DNA of 64,000 nucleotides from a virus, in IMG/VR virus record IMGVR_UViG_3300036820_000012, positions 16,724 through 80,723 of that record; one strand, given 5' to 3'. Position 1 is the stretch's first letter. The number at the start of each line of letters is the position of its first letter. The notes below the pieces were generated by a model. That model ran no database searches, had not been told where the DNA came from, and worked only from the letters and a program-made list of their open reading frames with translations. A program made the position numbers and the translations under genes. This document shows positions 26,818 through 37,145 of this stretch, one piece after another.

Positions 26818-29800
26818 TTAGAACATCGGCTCCCCAGCCTGATCAAGGATCGGTGCGCCGGATTCGTCGTCCAGTTCCTGGGCCTGCCCGGTGCCCCACC
26901 ACCACGGCGGGCACCAGTCAGCGAGGACCGCGGCGGAGGCCGTGCCAGCAGCAAAGTTGAGCTTCCGCTTGACCTGTGTCACACGCCAGATTCCGGTGAA
27001 CGCGGACTGGCCGGGCATCCACTGGGTGACCTGGATCACGTCGCCAGGGTTGACGCTCAGCACGTACTCCCACGCCCCGGCAACGCCCGCCATCGCTGCC
27101 GCGTCCACGGTCAGCGACGTGACCCGCTGGCGGGGGGTGCCGTAGGTCGCGAACACCCACGAGGCCTGGTCCTGGATCTGCGTGGTGTCCTGCAAGTACG
27201 AGGTGAACTGAAGCTGGCAGTCACCGAATTGACCGAGGCTTGCCTGCACCGCTGCCGCGTACTCGGCGCCCGGCCCGAACACGAGGCCGCCGTGGCTCTC
27301 ACCGGAGCCCGTTGCGGACCCGGCTTCGCCTGCGGGAACGGACGTGACGTCGTACTGCGTGATGGCGATGTCGTTGTACACGCGCTGCGGGTCGGTGTCG
27401 AACGTGACGTCCGGCAAGTACGGAACCTGGCCGTAGGCGACCAGCGGGCCGAGATGCCACGCCGGGGACTGGGCGGCGAGATGCGGGCGGGAGAAGTAGC
27501 ACAGGTTGCCGCAGGTGTCGACATACATCAGCCCGTCGTCGGACTGGACGATGTTGGAGATGTTGTCGCCGCAGCTTTGCCCCGCCGTGTCGAGTTCGGC
27601 GACGCAGGCGAGGTCAGCGGGGTCGATGCACCGCTGCGGGCTGGTCACGCCACCGGACCACAGCAGCCGCTCGATGCGGTTCTGCACCGAGTCCCCGAGC
27701 GCTGAGGCTTCCGCGGGCGGCACGGGAGCGTCGGGCGGGGCGTAGGACGTGCAGTAGATGTAGGGCAGGATGCCCGAGCCGAGAAGCTGCTCGCCGCCCC
27801 CGGTGTTGCCCACCCAGAAGCTGTAGGCCGGCGCGAGGCCGGTGGCCGACAGCCACGCCTCACCCGTCTGCGCGCCCTCGGAGATCGTGAACAGGTTCAC
27901 GCTTTCGGGCTGGGAGACGGCCGAGGTCAGCTCACCCGCCGTGGCGGTGACGTAGCAGGCGAGGACTGAGCGGTCCACCCCGTGGGAGTAGAAGCTGGAC
28001 CCGGCGCCGATCAGGTTGAAGAACGGGATGTTGAGGTACGCGTTGCCGTCCGGGTAGTACGTCGGGCCGCCCGCCGCGTTGCCGAAGAACTGGCAGCTGA
28101 CCGTAGGTGCCGGAAGCTGCCCGAACGCCGAGTACGCCGCGAGGAAGTGCGCCATCACCCTGGCAGCGGGAAGGACGCCCGGGTAGATCGCCAGGTGCGA
28201 CCACGCGGCGCACGGGATGCCGGTGATCGTGGAGGCCGTGGGAGGTGCCCCGGTGTTCCCCGTCGCTGCGGTTGTGGCCCCGCCGAAGAAGACCCAGTCC
28301 CAGTTCGCCGGCATCGACGCCGTCCCGGAGACCGTGGCGATGACGCCGCCGTTCACGTAGACGGTCCACGAGTCCTGCGTCATGGTGACGGTGACGCCCA
28401 TCCAGGCGCCGTCCCAGAGGTAGTTCTCCGGGTAGATGCTGTAGATCACCGTGGAACTTGCCACGCCGCCGGACCAGGTGGTGAACGTCAGCTGGGAGTG
28501 GTTGTCGAGCCACAGCATGGCCAGCGGGCCGTCTTCGTTCGCGGCTTCCCAGATGGTCAGCGGCGCGACGGCGACCCCGGTGAAGGTGAGTTCCCGGCCG
28601 GTCATCGGCTGCCCGGTGTAGCCCTGCGGCAGCGGCACTTCGGGAATCGCCGGGGGAATGCTGTACCCCGCGTTGGCGAGGGCGGGCTGCCACCAGATCT
28701 CGATGGTTGCCCCGTCAGCGAGGGACGGGAACGTGTCGTTAGCGGACAGGTACCGGCCGCAGGTGGAGACCCCGCTGCCGGTCTGCTGCCACGCCGCGCT
28801 CAAGCTGTCCCCGTACATCCAGCCGGACTGCTGCGCGAACTGCTGGATCGCGACGTACGCGAAGACCCCGCCGGCGCCGTTGTACGGCCCGTAGGACCCG
28901 ATGCCGTTCGGGCTGACGACGATGTCCAGCGCCGTGTCCGACGCGGGCGCGGCGTTCACCAGGGACGTGGCCTGGTTGACCCCGCTGTCGTCGCACGGCC
29001 ACCACCAGCCGGGCGAGTCAGCGAGGACTTCAGCCCGGTAGCACGCCGGGACGTAGCGGTTGGCCGTGCTCCAGAGGTCAGTTCCGGTGGCGTTGCTGAC
29101 GCCGCGGAACGTCTTCTCCCACGACTGCGGCCAGCGCTCCATGTTCCGCTGGATGATGTGCCACCTGTTGCCATTCGGCGGCACGCAGCGCAGCCGGATC
29201 GGCGTTCCGGGAGTGATCCACGGGTAGTACGGGCTGCCGGGGTTCGACGGGCTCAGGTAGCCGTCCGGATTGTCGAGGGCGATCTCGGTCTCGGATGCCT
29301 CGAGCTGGTCGAGCTCGTACTGGATGCCGGTGGTCTCACTCCACGAGCGCATCCGGTGGCCGCCCTGCGGCGACTGAATGTTCGTCCACACCATCTGATC
29401 CGGCGGCGTCTGCATCCCGCTGCCGAACGCCGCCTCGGCGATCACGTACGGCCAGACGGTGTTCCTGACGACCGGGACGGGCGAGGGTGCGTCAATCACC
29501 GCAGCGAGGATCATGCCGGACAGGTTCTCCGCACCGACCGCCGTGGCGGTGATGTTCTGGCCTGCCGTGGAGATGGTGCACGCGGCGGTGAGGACGGCGT
29601 CCGAGGAGGCGTCGGTCCCGTTGGCGCAGGTCACGGTGGCCAGCGACGTCCAGCCGTACGGCTCCAAGGCGGTCTGCGCCGCGACGGAGTCCCCGCAGGC
29701 TGCGGCGAGGAAGAACGTCACCTGGGGCGTTGCGGAGGCCCCGGTGTCGCTGATGGGGTGAAGGACCGGGCTCAGCACCCCGGCCGTGTACGTGTCACTG

Positions 29801-31695
29801 ATGGTCCCCGCCGGGCAGTACATGTCCAGCGATGTGGCAGCGGGCGCGGAACCGGCCGAGGCCAGGGTCAGGTCCCAGTCCCCGAGCCCGGCGACCTCCA
29901 CGACCAGCACCGAGAAGCCGGGCGCGTAGCCGTTGGGGGCCACGTAGACGTACCCGGGCGGCCGGATCAGGTTCGGCGTGTACCAGATGGTGGTCCGCGA
30001 GCCGCCCGAGGCGTCTGAGGGGGCCTGAGGACGCCACCAGGAGCGGACGTCGTCGCCGCAGTTGATGGTCACCGGGGACTGCGCCGCGTGCCAGCCGATG
30101 ACGGTGAACAGCCAGTTGCCCGCGGTCGGGACGCCCGTGCCACCGCCGACCGACGAGGCTACGTCCAGGGCGACGACCGTCGAGGCGTTCAGCGGCAGCG
30201 ACGGCCCGAACACGGGGTTGTGCGGCGTGGTGTCAGCCCACTGGTTGACGACCTGCGGCGCGGCGAACTGGGACGCGGTGAAGCTGGACGTGCACTGGAT
30301 GCTGGCAACGGCCCACGTGAGCGTGACACGGCCCGCGAACCCGGACCCACCCGCTGCCCCGTCCCCGCCGCCTCCGCCGCCACCGGGGCCGCTGAGGGGC
30401 GTCAGGCCGCCAGGCTGGCCCGAGGCACCCCCAGCCGCACCAGGACCGCCCCCGGTGAGCGCGACACCGCCAGCACCCGCTACGGATGAGGTGGCGTTGC
30501 CGCCCGCGTTGCCGACCGAGCCGGCTGCAGCGGATGACCCGCCGCCTCCGCCGCCGCCTGAGGCACCGGTACCGCCGCTGCCGCCGTTGTAGTGCGCGGT
30601 CGCTGACGACCCGGTACCGCCAGCACCAGCCGACGTGGTCCCGGCACCAGCCGAGCCGCCGTGAGCGGTGACCGTTACCGAACCATCGCCAGGGAAGAGG
30701 GAGTTGCCGCCAGCCGATCCGGCCGAGCCGAGGGAGGTTGACCCGGCCCCGCCAGTACCGACCGTGACGCTGTAGGTGTCCCCGGGCGTGGTCGCGACGA
30801 TCTGCGCCGCGTACTCCCCGCCACCACCTGCACCAGCACCGCCAGAGGACTTCGCGCCCCCGCCGCCGCCAGCGCCCCAGCATTCGGCGAGGACCGAGAA
30901 GACGCCGGCGGGGCATGTCCACACGGGCGGCAGGACGTAGGTGAGCAGGATCTGGCCGCTGGCGCCGTTCCCGCCAGCGGTGCCGCGCCCCGGGCCGAGG
31001 CCGCAGGATCCCCCGCCCCCGCCGCCGGGGAAGCTTCCGGGCTGGCCGTTGGCGGCGAACGCCGAAGCGTAGGTGCCGCCGGTCCCGCCGGCACCGCCGC
31101 CTGACGGAGCGGTTCCCCCGTTGCCGCCAACGCCGTCACCCGTGGGAACGGACGGGTTCGGCGTGGACGACAGTCCGCCGATCTGGCCGGCTGCCCCGGC
31201 TGACGCGGTCCCGGCTGAGCTTCCGCCACCGCCGCCACCGCTGGCCTCCTCGCCGCTGAGGCCCGTCAGCCCCGCACCGCCAGCACCGCCAGCGTGGGCG
31301 ATCGGGGCTGACCCGGCCGTTCCGCCTGCCCCGGCCGCGTAGCCGTTGGTGCCGCTGCCCTGGCCGCCGTTCGCGGTGACCGTGACCGAGGTGCCGGTGA
31401 AGCTGGTAGTCCCGCCAGCGGTTCCGGGGTACATGCCGTTGGTCGTGACGAGCAGGCCGCCAGCGCCGCCCTGGCCGACGGCGAAGTTGTACAGGTTCGG
31501 GTACGAGACAGCGACAGCAGTGTTCGCCGCGTAGGCGCCACCACCACCTGCGCCACCCGAGCCGCCGTTCCAGACTCCGCCGCCACCGCCAGCGCCCCAG
31601 GCCTGGACGGAAACGGACGTAACGCCTTCCGGGCACTGCCACTGACCTGACCCGCTGAGGACAACCACCTGGGGGCCAAAGGTTACGAAAGCCAT
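26818..31695 (-). CDS. Large minor tail/baseplate hub protein (two Gly-rich domains, LamG-like domain)
   Basis: LDNPDGYLSP.NP.SPYYP...GTPIRLR; WWPCDD...YVNG...HLAIY....PAARVMAH; hub-like C-terminus. Confidence 0.85.
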   Translation of the reverse strand: MAFVTFGPQVVVLSGSGQWQCPEGVTSVSVQAWGAGGGGGVWNGGSGGAGGGGAYAANTAVAVSYPNLYNFAVGQGGAGGLLVTTNGMYPGTAGGTTSFTGTSVTVTANGGQGSGTNGYAAGAGGTAGSAPIAHAGGAGGAGLTGLSGEEASGGGGGGSSAGTASAGAAGQIGGLSSTPNPSVPTGDGVGGNGGTAPSGGGAGGTGGTYASAFAANGQPGSFPGGGGGGSCGLGPGRGTAGGNGASGQILLTYVLPPVWTCPAGVFSVLAECWGAGGGGGAKSSGGAGAGGGGEYAAQIVATTPGDTYSVTVGTGGAGSTSLGSAGSAGGNSLFPGDGSVTVTAHGGSAGAGTTSAGAGGTGSSATAHYNGGSGGTGASGGGGGGGSSAAAGSVGNAGGNATSSVAGAGGVALTGGGPGAAGGASGQPGGLTPLSGPGGGGGGGDGAAGGSGFAGRVTLTWAVASIQCTSSFTASQFAAPQVVNQWADTTPHNPVFGPSLPLNASTVVALDVASSVGGGTGVPTAGNWLFTVIGWHAAQSPVTINCGDDVRSWWRPQAPSDASGGSRTTIWYTPNLIRPPGYVYVAPNGYAPGFSVLVVEVAGLGDWDLTLASAGSAPAATSLDMYCPAGTISDTYTAGVLSPVLHPISDTGASATPQVTFFLAAACGDSVAAQTALEPYGWTSLATVTCANGTDASSDAVLTAACTISTAGQNITATAVGAENLSGMILAAVIDAPSPVPVVRNTVWPYVIAEAAFGSGMQTPPDQMVWTNIQSPQGGHRMRSWSETTGIQYELDQLEASETEIALDNPDGYLSPSNPGSPYYPWITPGTPIRLRCVPPNGNRWHIIQRNMERWPQSWEKTFRGVSNATGTDLWSTANRYVPACYRAEVLADSPGWWWPCDDSGVNQATSLVNAAPASDTALDIVVSPNGIGSYGPYNGAGGVFAYVAIQQFAQQSGWMYGDSLSAAWQQTGSGVSTCGRYLSANDTFPSLADGATIEIWWQPALANAGYSIPPAIPEVPLPQGYTGQPMTGRELTFTGVAVAPLTIWEAANEDGPLAMLWLDNHSQLTFTTWSGGVASSTVIYSIYPENYLWDGAWMGVTVTMTQDSWTVYVNGGVIATVSGTASMPANWDWVFFGGATTAATGNTGAPPTASTITGIPCAAWSHLAIYPGVLPAARVMAHFLAAYSAFGQLPAPTVSCQFFGNAAGGPTYYPDGNAYLNIPFFNLIGAGSSFYSHGVDRSVLACYVTATAGELTSAVSQPESVNLFTISEGAQTGEAWLSATGLAPAYSFWVGNTGGGEQLLGSGILPYIYCTSYAPPDAPVPPAEASALGDSVQNRIERLLWSGGVTSPQRCIDPADLACVAELDTAGQSCGDNISNIVQSDDGLMYVDTCGNLCYFSRPHLAAQSPAWHLGPLVAYGQVPYLPDVTFDTDPQRVYNDIAITQYDVTSVPAGEAGSATGSGESHGGLVFGPGAEYAAAVQASLGQFGDCQLQFTSYLQDTTQIQDQASWVFATYGTPRQRVTSLTVDAAAMAGVAGAWEYVLSVNPGDVIQVTQWMPGQSAFTGIWRVTQVKRKLNFAAGTASAAVLADWCPPWWWGTGQAQELDDESGAPILDQAGEPMF

Positions 31696-31701
31696 ATCAG
31701 C

Positions 31702-32112
31702 TCACGACTGCGACAAAATCAGGCCGCCAGCTGCCGGCGCTAGCTCGTCCCCAGGTGGTATAAGCAGGGGCGCACCGGCCCATACGCCCTGGAACTGGCG
31801 CACGGGGGTTGCTTGCGTGGTCCAGATCTCGGCGCCGGTCACTGCCCACGGCGTGGTGCCGCTGTTGGTCCAGAGCGGGACCGACGTGTTGGACGTGAGC
31901 GCGGGGGTGCCAGTGGGCGTGGCCCACGTGACGAGCAGGCCCCCGGCTGTGTAGCCGGTGGCGACAAGCTCGGTCATGTACCCGCTGCCCGTGGGGGCCG
32001 TGGGCGCGGTCGAGCCGAGCCGCAGGTGCACGCCAGAGATCGACGGGTAGGCAGCGATGCCCAGGGCTGCTGCCATGGACGTTGCCGCAGCGCCGGAATC
32101 CCAGCCGCCCAT
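31702..32112 (-). CDS. Minor tail protein
   Basis: STAPT...TEL..TGY...W beta-rich pattern. Confidence 0.7.
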   Translation of the reverse strand: MGGWDSGAAATSMAAALGIAAYPSISGVHLRLGSTAPTAPTGSGYMTELVATGYTAGGLLVTWATPTGTPALTSNTSVPLWTNSGTTPWAVTGAEIWTTQATPVRQFQGVWAGAPLLIPPGDELAPAAGGLILSQS

Positions 32113-32300
32113 CAGCCCGCTCGCAGGACCATAGGTGGCGGGCTGATCCGCACCGGCCGGCAGGGCACACCGCTGGCGATGGCTGCCTGCCCGTGGTCAT
32201 GGGGAAGCGGGCAGCAGCCGCACTGCAGGAGCAGGTGACCGCTCAGGACATCGGCAGCGAAGACGGAGGCACCGCAGCGCAGGCAGGTCACGGTCAGCAT
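32112..32300 (-). CDS. Small Cys-rich protein
   Basis: CLRCG...CGCCP.PH.H...CRP; GGGAG RBS. Confidence 0.6.
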   Translation of the reverse strand: MLTVTCLRCGASVFAADVLSGHLLLQCGCCPLPHDHGQAAIASGVPCRPVRISPPPMVLRAG

Positions 32301-32333
32301 CTCGCTCCCTTCCGGGGCGTTACGCTGGCTGGC

Positions 32334-32633
32334 GTGAGCATGAAAGCCGAGTGCCCGGCCTGCAAGGCGTATCTCTCCGGCGTCTGGGACGCGATGGAGT
32401 ACGGCGGTGCCTGCCCGAGTTGCGGACTGCCAGGGACCGCCATCGCCGATGTCTACGCAGCGCGCAAGACGAACGCCGAGAAGGAACTACTCGCCAAGTA
32501 CGAGGAGGCGGTCATCCGCGCGGGGAGGGCTGAAGCCGAGCGAGATATGCTGCGCGGCCACCTTGAGGCCATTGACTCCGAGATGCGCGTCTGGCAGGCG
32601 GATGAAAAGCACCTGGCGAAGGCCGAGGGCTAA
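32334..32633 (+). CDS. Zinc-ribbon plus coiled-coil protein (antisense moron)
   Basis: CPAC...CPSC; TACGCT 7 nt before GTG. Confidence 0.7.
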   Translation: MSMKAECPACKAYLSGVWDAMEYGGACPSCGLPGTAIADVYAARKTNAEKELLAKYEEAVIRAGRAEAERDMLRGHLEAIDSEMRVWQADEKHLAKAEG

Positions 32634-35600
32634 GTTCCGCGCCCCGAGAGCTGCAGCCCGCTGCCCGTGTTCCGCCGCGCGTGCTGGAGCGTGTACGTCT
32701 GCACGACCTGCGCGATCTCCTGGCCGCCGACTTCCAAGTGAAAATGCATCGTCTGCGACCCGCCGCCACCGCCTGAGCCGCCCCCGGCAACGATGGGCAT
32801 CGGATGGGCCGTCGACCCGCCGCCGTAGCCGGAAGCCCCCCGGGACGCGACGATGGCCAGTTCCCTCGCCGCCGCGCCCACCATCGGGCCGCCCGACGTG
32901 ATGCCGCCCGCCATGCCCGCCGCGAACTGGGAGCCCATGTCGAACGCCACCATCGACGGGGAGTGGATCTTTAGGTCCTTCTGCATCTCGGTGACGATCT
33001 GCGACGCCAGGGACTTGATCGCCGTCGTCACCGAGCCGAGCTCGGACTTCAGGCCCTGCGCGAGCCCTTCGCCGATCTGCGACCCGGACTCGTAGGTGGC
33101 GTTCGCCCCGGTCGTGCCCAGCTGCTTCGCGGCGGCCCCGATCTGCTTCTGCAGCGACGCGATTTCCTGCACGCCCTTGGTGCCGCCGGACAGCATCATC
33201 TTCGAGGCTGACAGGCCCCCGCCGCTGACGCCGGCCTGCAGAAGCTGCTGCAGGGACGTCGGGTCCAGGCCCTCCGCCTTGAGCTTCTTGATGTCGCCCG
33301 TGAACGCGCGGGTCTGGCTCAGGTACTGCTGCAGCTGCCCCTGGATGGAGTCGCTGGCCGTCAGGGACGCCGGGGCCTTGATGTTCATCGTGTTGCCGGT
33401 CATCTGGTTCGCCGCGGCGACGGCCTGGGCGTTCTGCTGCGCGAGGTCGAGCGGCGTCCCGGCCGACCCGTACGGCGAGGAACTGGTGCCCGACGACGAC
33501 GATGAACTGCTGGACGACGACCCACCTGATGTCACGTTCCCGGCGAACGTCGCCACGTTCGCGCCGGCAACAGTGGCCTGGTCCACCGACTTGTACAGGG
33601 CATCGGCTGCGGTGATCTTGGACTCGATGTCCTTGCGCTGCTTGGCGAGCGACATCAGGCGCTTGTTGTCGGCGTCGAGCCACGCCGAGATGCCGGTCTC
33701 CTGCGACGGGGAGATGGTCCCGGCCTTCAGCGCGCCCTTCAGGTCGGTCTGGAGCTTGGCGATCGTGTCGGTGATCGTTTTGTCGGTGAACGGCGCCGTG
33801 ATGCCCTTGGCGGCGTCTTTCGCTGCCGTGGCGAGCTGGGACTTGCCGCCTTCGAGGCCGAGGATGTAGCCCTTCACGTCGTCCTGGGCGATGCCCTTGA
33901 AAACCTTGGACGGGGACTGCGTGCCGTGGGCCGCTTTCACCGCTGCCGTGACTTCGTTGGCCATCGTCCGCGCTGCCGCTACGGCTGCCCCGGTGGACGC
34001 GGCGATCCCGGCTGCCAGGCCCGCGCCGAGGGCGGCGCCTGCTGCCGAGCCTGCGCCGCCGAGGGATGACAGGGCGGACTTGATCTCGGCCACGACATGC
34101 TGCGCTGCCGCTTCTGGCTGCCCGGCGCCGCCGTTGATGCCCGAGGCGAGGCCCGTGTCGAACGAGCGGCCGGCGGAGGACCCGGCTGAGTTCAGCGACG
34201 AGGACAGGGCGGTCAGGCCGGACAGTTTCGCGTCGGACAGGTCGACGGTGACGCCGTGGATCTTGACGTTGCTCGCGGCCTTGTTGATGCCTGAGGTGTC
34301 TACCTTGTCCACCTGGGCGGTAGCGGGGACCTTGGTGTCGCCGCCCTTGAGGCCCGAGGTGTCGGCCTTGTCGACCTTCGCCTCGGCGGGGACCGGGACC
34401 TTCGGGCCGCCCAGGTTCAGGGACTTCACCATCGCGCCCGGGTCGATCTTGGGTTCCACCTTGACCGGCAGCGGCAGTGCCGATCCGCCGGACAGCTGGT
34501 GCGCCAGCGCGCCCGTGTCGATGTGGCCGCCCTTGACGTCGACCTTCGGGTCGACCGTGACCGGCCAGTGCAGGGTCTGCGGCTTCAGGTTGGAGCCGAG
34601 GCCGGGAATGATCTGCCCGAGCGCTTCCTTCGCGGCGCTCCCCAGGCGGCTTGTCAGCCCCTTGGGCAGCGTGTCATAGTCCTTCTCGTACTTGTCAGCC
34701 AGGCTGAGGATCTGGGTGAGCGGGTTGCTGCTCTTGCTCCCGCTGCCGCTGGCCTGGTTGCCGAGGTTGAGGATGCTCTGAAGCTGGGAATGCAGGCTGC
34801 TGAGGTTGATCTTCTCCAGGGCGCCGAGGCTGCCGGCGATCTTCCCGATCTGGGGGGCCGCCTGGGACGCGTCGTTCATGATGTCCTGCATGGCGCCAGC
34901 CAGGCCCTTGACCACACTGCCGGTACCGGGGCCGATGGCCTTCAGGAGGCCGTCGAACGACTTGATGAACGACTCGGACCCCTTGAGCCCCTCGCCGCCG
35001 AACGCGTCGCCGATGTACTTCCCGACACTGGAGATCGCCGACCCCGCCGACTTGACCGCTCCCGGGGTCTCCTTCAGCAGGTCGTTGAAGGTCTTGACCG
35101 CGCCGCCGGACTCCATGAACGTCTGGAGATTCTTGATGCCCTTGTCGAGCAGGCTCCCGCCGAGATTCGCCGCCGGCTTGAGGAACTGCGACATGCCCTC
35201 GGACACCGCCGACAGGGCATCCCCGGTGACCCGCAGCACCTCGGGCTGGAACGATTTCGCCATCGAGTCGTACTGCGACTGCAGGTTCCCGAACGCCTGG
35301 ATGACAGGGCGGATCGTGGCCGGCACGTCGGCGTAGGCGGCTTTCAGTTTCGCCGCGTCGGTGGCTGCGTCCGCGATGTTGGAGGTGGTCGGGTCAAGCT
35401 TCGCGACCTGCTCAGCCTGCGTCCACGTCTTGCGTGCCGTCGCGACGTTCTCGTAACTCGACTCGATCTTGGACAGGGTCGGCAGCGCGAGAGCGGCGAA
35501 CCCGCCGAGCGCGACACCGCCGCCCGCCGCAGCCGTCGCGAATGCCGGGCCGAGGCCGCCGACCAGCCCGATCAGGCCGCCGATCGCGCCCGTCATCGGC

Positions 35601-36673
35601 GACAGTTTGGACGTGATGGGATCGAACGCCTCGGAGACCGACTCCCCGAACCCGCCGACGCCTTCCTCAGCGTCGCCCGCGCCGGCAGCAACGCCCTCAA
35701 GGCCGGCAGCCGCGCCCTCAACCACCGGTGCGGCGTCACCCAGGGCAGCGGCCACATCGTCGTACTGGCCAGCGAAGTTGTGCAGGCCGTCAACGACCCT
35801 CGGGACGGTCCCGCCGAACTGGCCGAGATGGCTCTCGGCATCATCCAGCCCGTCGCTGAGCGAGTCCATCCGCATCTGGATGTCTTCCAGCGCGGACGCC
35901 GTCGTGCCGCCCCTGGCCCCGACTTCGCCGAGACTCTGGCCAAGGTCCTCAAGATCGTTGTGCAGGCCTGCGGTGGAGATGTCCGCCCCGCCGGCAGCCT
36001 GGTCGAACTCGCGAAGCTCGCCCGACAGCGCCGAGAACCGCTCGTTGGCTTCCGAGATCTCATCAGCCGTGGCCGCGATCCCGGACGCCTTCGCAGCGCC
36101 GCCGCCGGCACCCGCAGCGTCCATCGCGGTTACAGCGGCGGCGGCCTCGGCCGCCTCGTCCCGGACGTGGCCGAGGGAACTGGCCAGCGCATCCGCCGAC
36201 GCCGCATCCCCGGCCAGCCCTGCGCCTGACGTGCCCAGCGAGTCAAGCGCCGCTTCGGCCTCAAGGGCTTCGTCACGCAGGTGCCCGAGCGCCGTGGCGT
36301 CAGCATCAGCGGCCGGGGCAATGTCCGCGATGTCGTCGCCAGTGGTGGCGAGCGACTGGACCGCGGCCTCAGCCTCTGCGGCGTCGTCCCGCATCGAGGC
36401 GAGACCCTTGGCGGCAGCCTCAGCACCAGCGGCGACGTCGCCGACCCCGGCGCCGGCGTCCCGGATCGACTTGAGCGCCTTGGCTGCTTCCTCAGCGTCG
36501 TTGCGGAGTTTGCCTGCCGCCTCGGCGGCGGACCCGAAGGCGCCGCTGATTGAGCCAGCCGACGCCTCGGCGTCCTTCAGCGCTGAGGCGAGGTTCCGCG
36601 CTGCCTCAGCGGCATCCTCAAGAGCCCCGGCGCCTTCGACGGTGATATCTACGTTGCCTTCGACGTCAGCCAC
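32630..36673 (-). CDS. Tape measure protein
   Basis: 1347 aa, Ala/Gly-rich helical, SPSKVF and KIHSPS motifs. Confidence 0.9.
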   Translation of the reverse strand: MADVEGNVDITVEGAGALEDAAEAARNLASALKDAEASAGSISGAFGSAAEAAGKLRNDAEEAAKALKSIRDAGAGVGDVAAGAEAAAKGLASMRDDAAEAEAAVQSLATTGDDIADIAPAADADATALGHLRDEALEAEAALDSLGTSGAGLAGDAASADALASSLGHVRDEAAEAAAAVTAMDAAGAGGGAAKASGIAATADEISEANERFSALSGELREFDQAAGGADISTAGLHNDLEDLGQSLGEVGARGGTTASALEDIQMRMDSLSDGLDDAESHLGQFGGTVPRVVDGLHNFAGQYDDVAAALGDAAPVVEGAAAGLEGVAAGAGDAEEGVGGFGESVSEAFDPITSKLSPMTGAIGGLIGLVGGLGPAFATAAAGGGVALGGFAALALPTLSKIESSYENVATARKTWTQAEQVAKLDPTTSNIADAATDAAKLKAAYADVPATIRPVIQAFGNLQSQYDSMAKSFQPEVLRVTGDALSAVSEGMSQFLKPAANLGGSLLDKGIKNLQTFMESGGAVKTFNDLLKETPGAVKSAGSAISSVGKYIGDAFGGEGLKGSESFIKSFDGLLKAIGPGTGSVVKGLAGAMQDIMNDASQAAPQIGKIAGSLGALEKINLSSLHSQLQSILNLGNQASGSGSKSSNPLTQILSLADKYEKDYDTLPKGLTSRLGSAAKEALGQIIPGLGSNLKPQTLHWPVTVDPKVDVKGGHIDTGALAHQLSGGSALPLPVKVEPKIDPGAMVKSLNLGGPKVPVPAEAKVDKADTSGLKGGDTKVPATAQVDKVDTSGINKAASNVKIHGVTVDLSDAKLSGLTALSSSLNSAGSSAGRSFDTGLASGINGGAGQPEAAAQHVVAEIKSALSSLGGAGSAAGAALGAGLAAGIAASTGAAVAAARTMANEVTAAVKAAHGTQSPSKVFKGIAQDDVKGYILGLEGGKSQLATAAKDAAKGITAPFTDKTITDTIAKLQTDLKGALKAGTISPSQETGISAWLDADNKRLMSLAKQRKDIESKITAADALYKSVDQATVAGANVATFAGNVTSGGSSSSSSSSSSGTSSSPYGSAGTPLDLAQQNAQAVAAANQMTGNTMNIKAPASLTASDSIQGQLQQYLSQTRAFTGDIKKLKAEGLDPTSLQQLLQAGVSGGGLSASKMMLSGGTKGVQEIASLQKQIGAAAKQLGTTGANATYESGSQIGEGLAQGLKSELGSVTTAIKSLASQIVTEMQKDLKIHSPSMVAFDMGSQFAAGMAGGITSGGPMVGAAARELAIVASRGASGYGGGSTAHPMPIVAGGGSGGGGGSQTMHFHLEVGGQEIAQVVQTYTLQHARRNTGSGLQLSGRGT

Positions 36674-36707
36674 GGGTCACCCCCGTCCGCCGTCTCAGCA
36701 GGTCAGA

Positions 36708-37142
36708 TCACAGTCCGGACGCGTCGAAGATCTCCTGGACGACCTCCTCCATCACCCCGGGCAGCGCACCGTCAGCCCACGAGATCGTCCGCTCGAGGTA
36801 GTGAGCGCCTTCCTGGTGGACGTGGCGCGCGAACGTTCCGTCGAAGTGCAGGAACCCCATGTGGACCTTGCCGGTGCGCTTGTCCACGTACGTGTGCTTC
36901 GGCTCGATGTCGCCGCCGTAGTTGCGGAACGACGCATACAGCGGAAGGTGGGTGCGGAACGTCACGCCGCCGTCAGACACTTCCGTGCCCTCGGAGTCGG
37001 CCAGCGCCCCGGTCAGCTTGGGCGTATAGCCCCTGAATGCCTCAAGCAGTTCCGGGGCGAACTTCTCCGCGATGGTGCGCGGGCAGTTCTCGAGTTCCCC
37101 GGCGAGCTTGTCCAGCGCGTCAGCGAGGCCACCGAGGTCCAC
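36708..37142 (-). CDS. HK97 gp10-like tail completion/neck protein
   Basis: TPKLTGALADS...YASFRNYG...HYLER. Confidence 0.7.
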   Translation of the reverse strand: MDLGGLADALDKLAGELENCPRTIAEKFAPELLEAFRGYTPKLTGALADSEGTEVSDGGVTFRTHLPLYASFRNYGGDIEPKHTYVDKRTGKVHMGFLHFDGTFARHVHQEGAHYLERTISWADGALPGVMEEVVQEIFDASGL

Positions 37143-37145
37143 GGG

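Noticed and set aside
27982-30018. Long + strand ORFs opposite structural genes (also 34499-36229, 35469-37409, 14813-16378, 47603-48832)
   Set aside because: Shadow frames expected at high GC; no recognisable motifs or start signals, unlike 50545-51567
21610-31695. Gly-rich proteins as PE-PGRS or collagen
   Set aside because: No PE domain and no strict Gly-X-Y period; they match phage tail Gly-rich domains in a tail context
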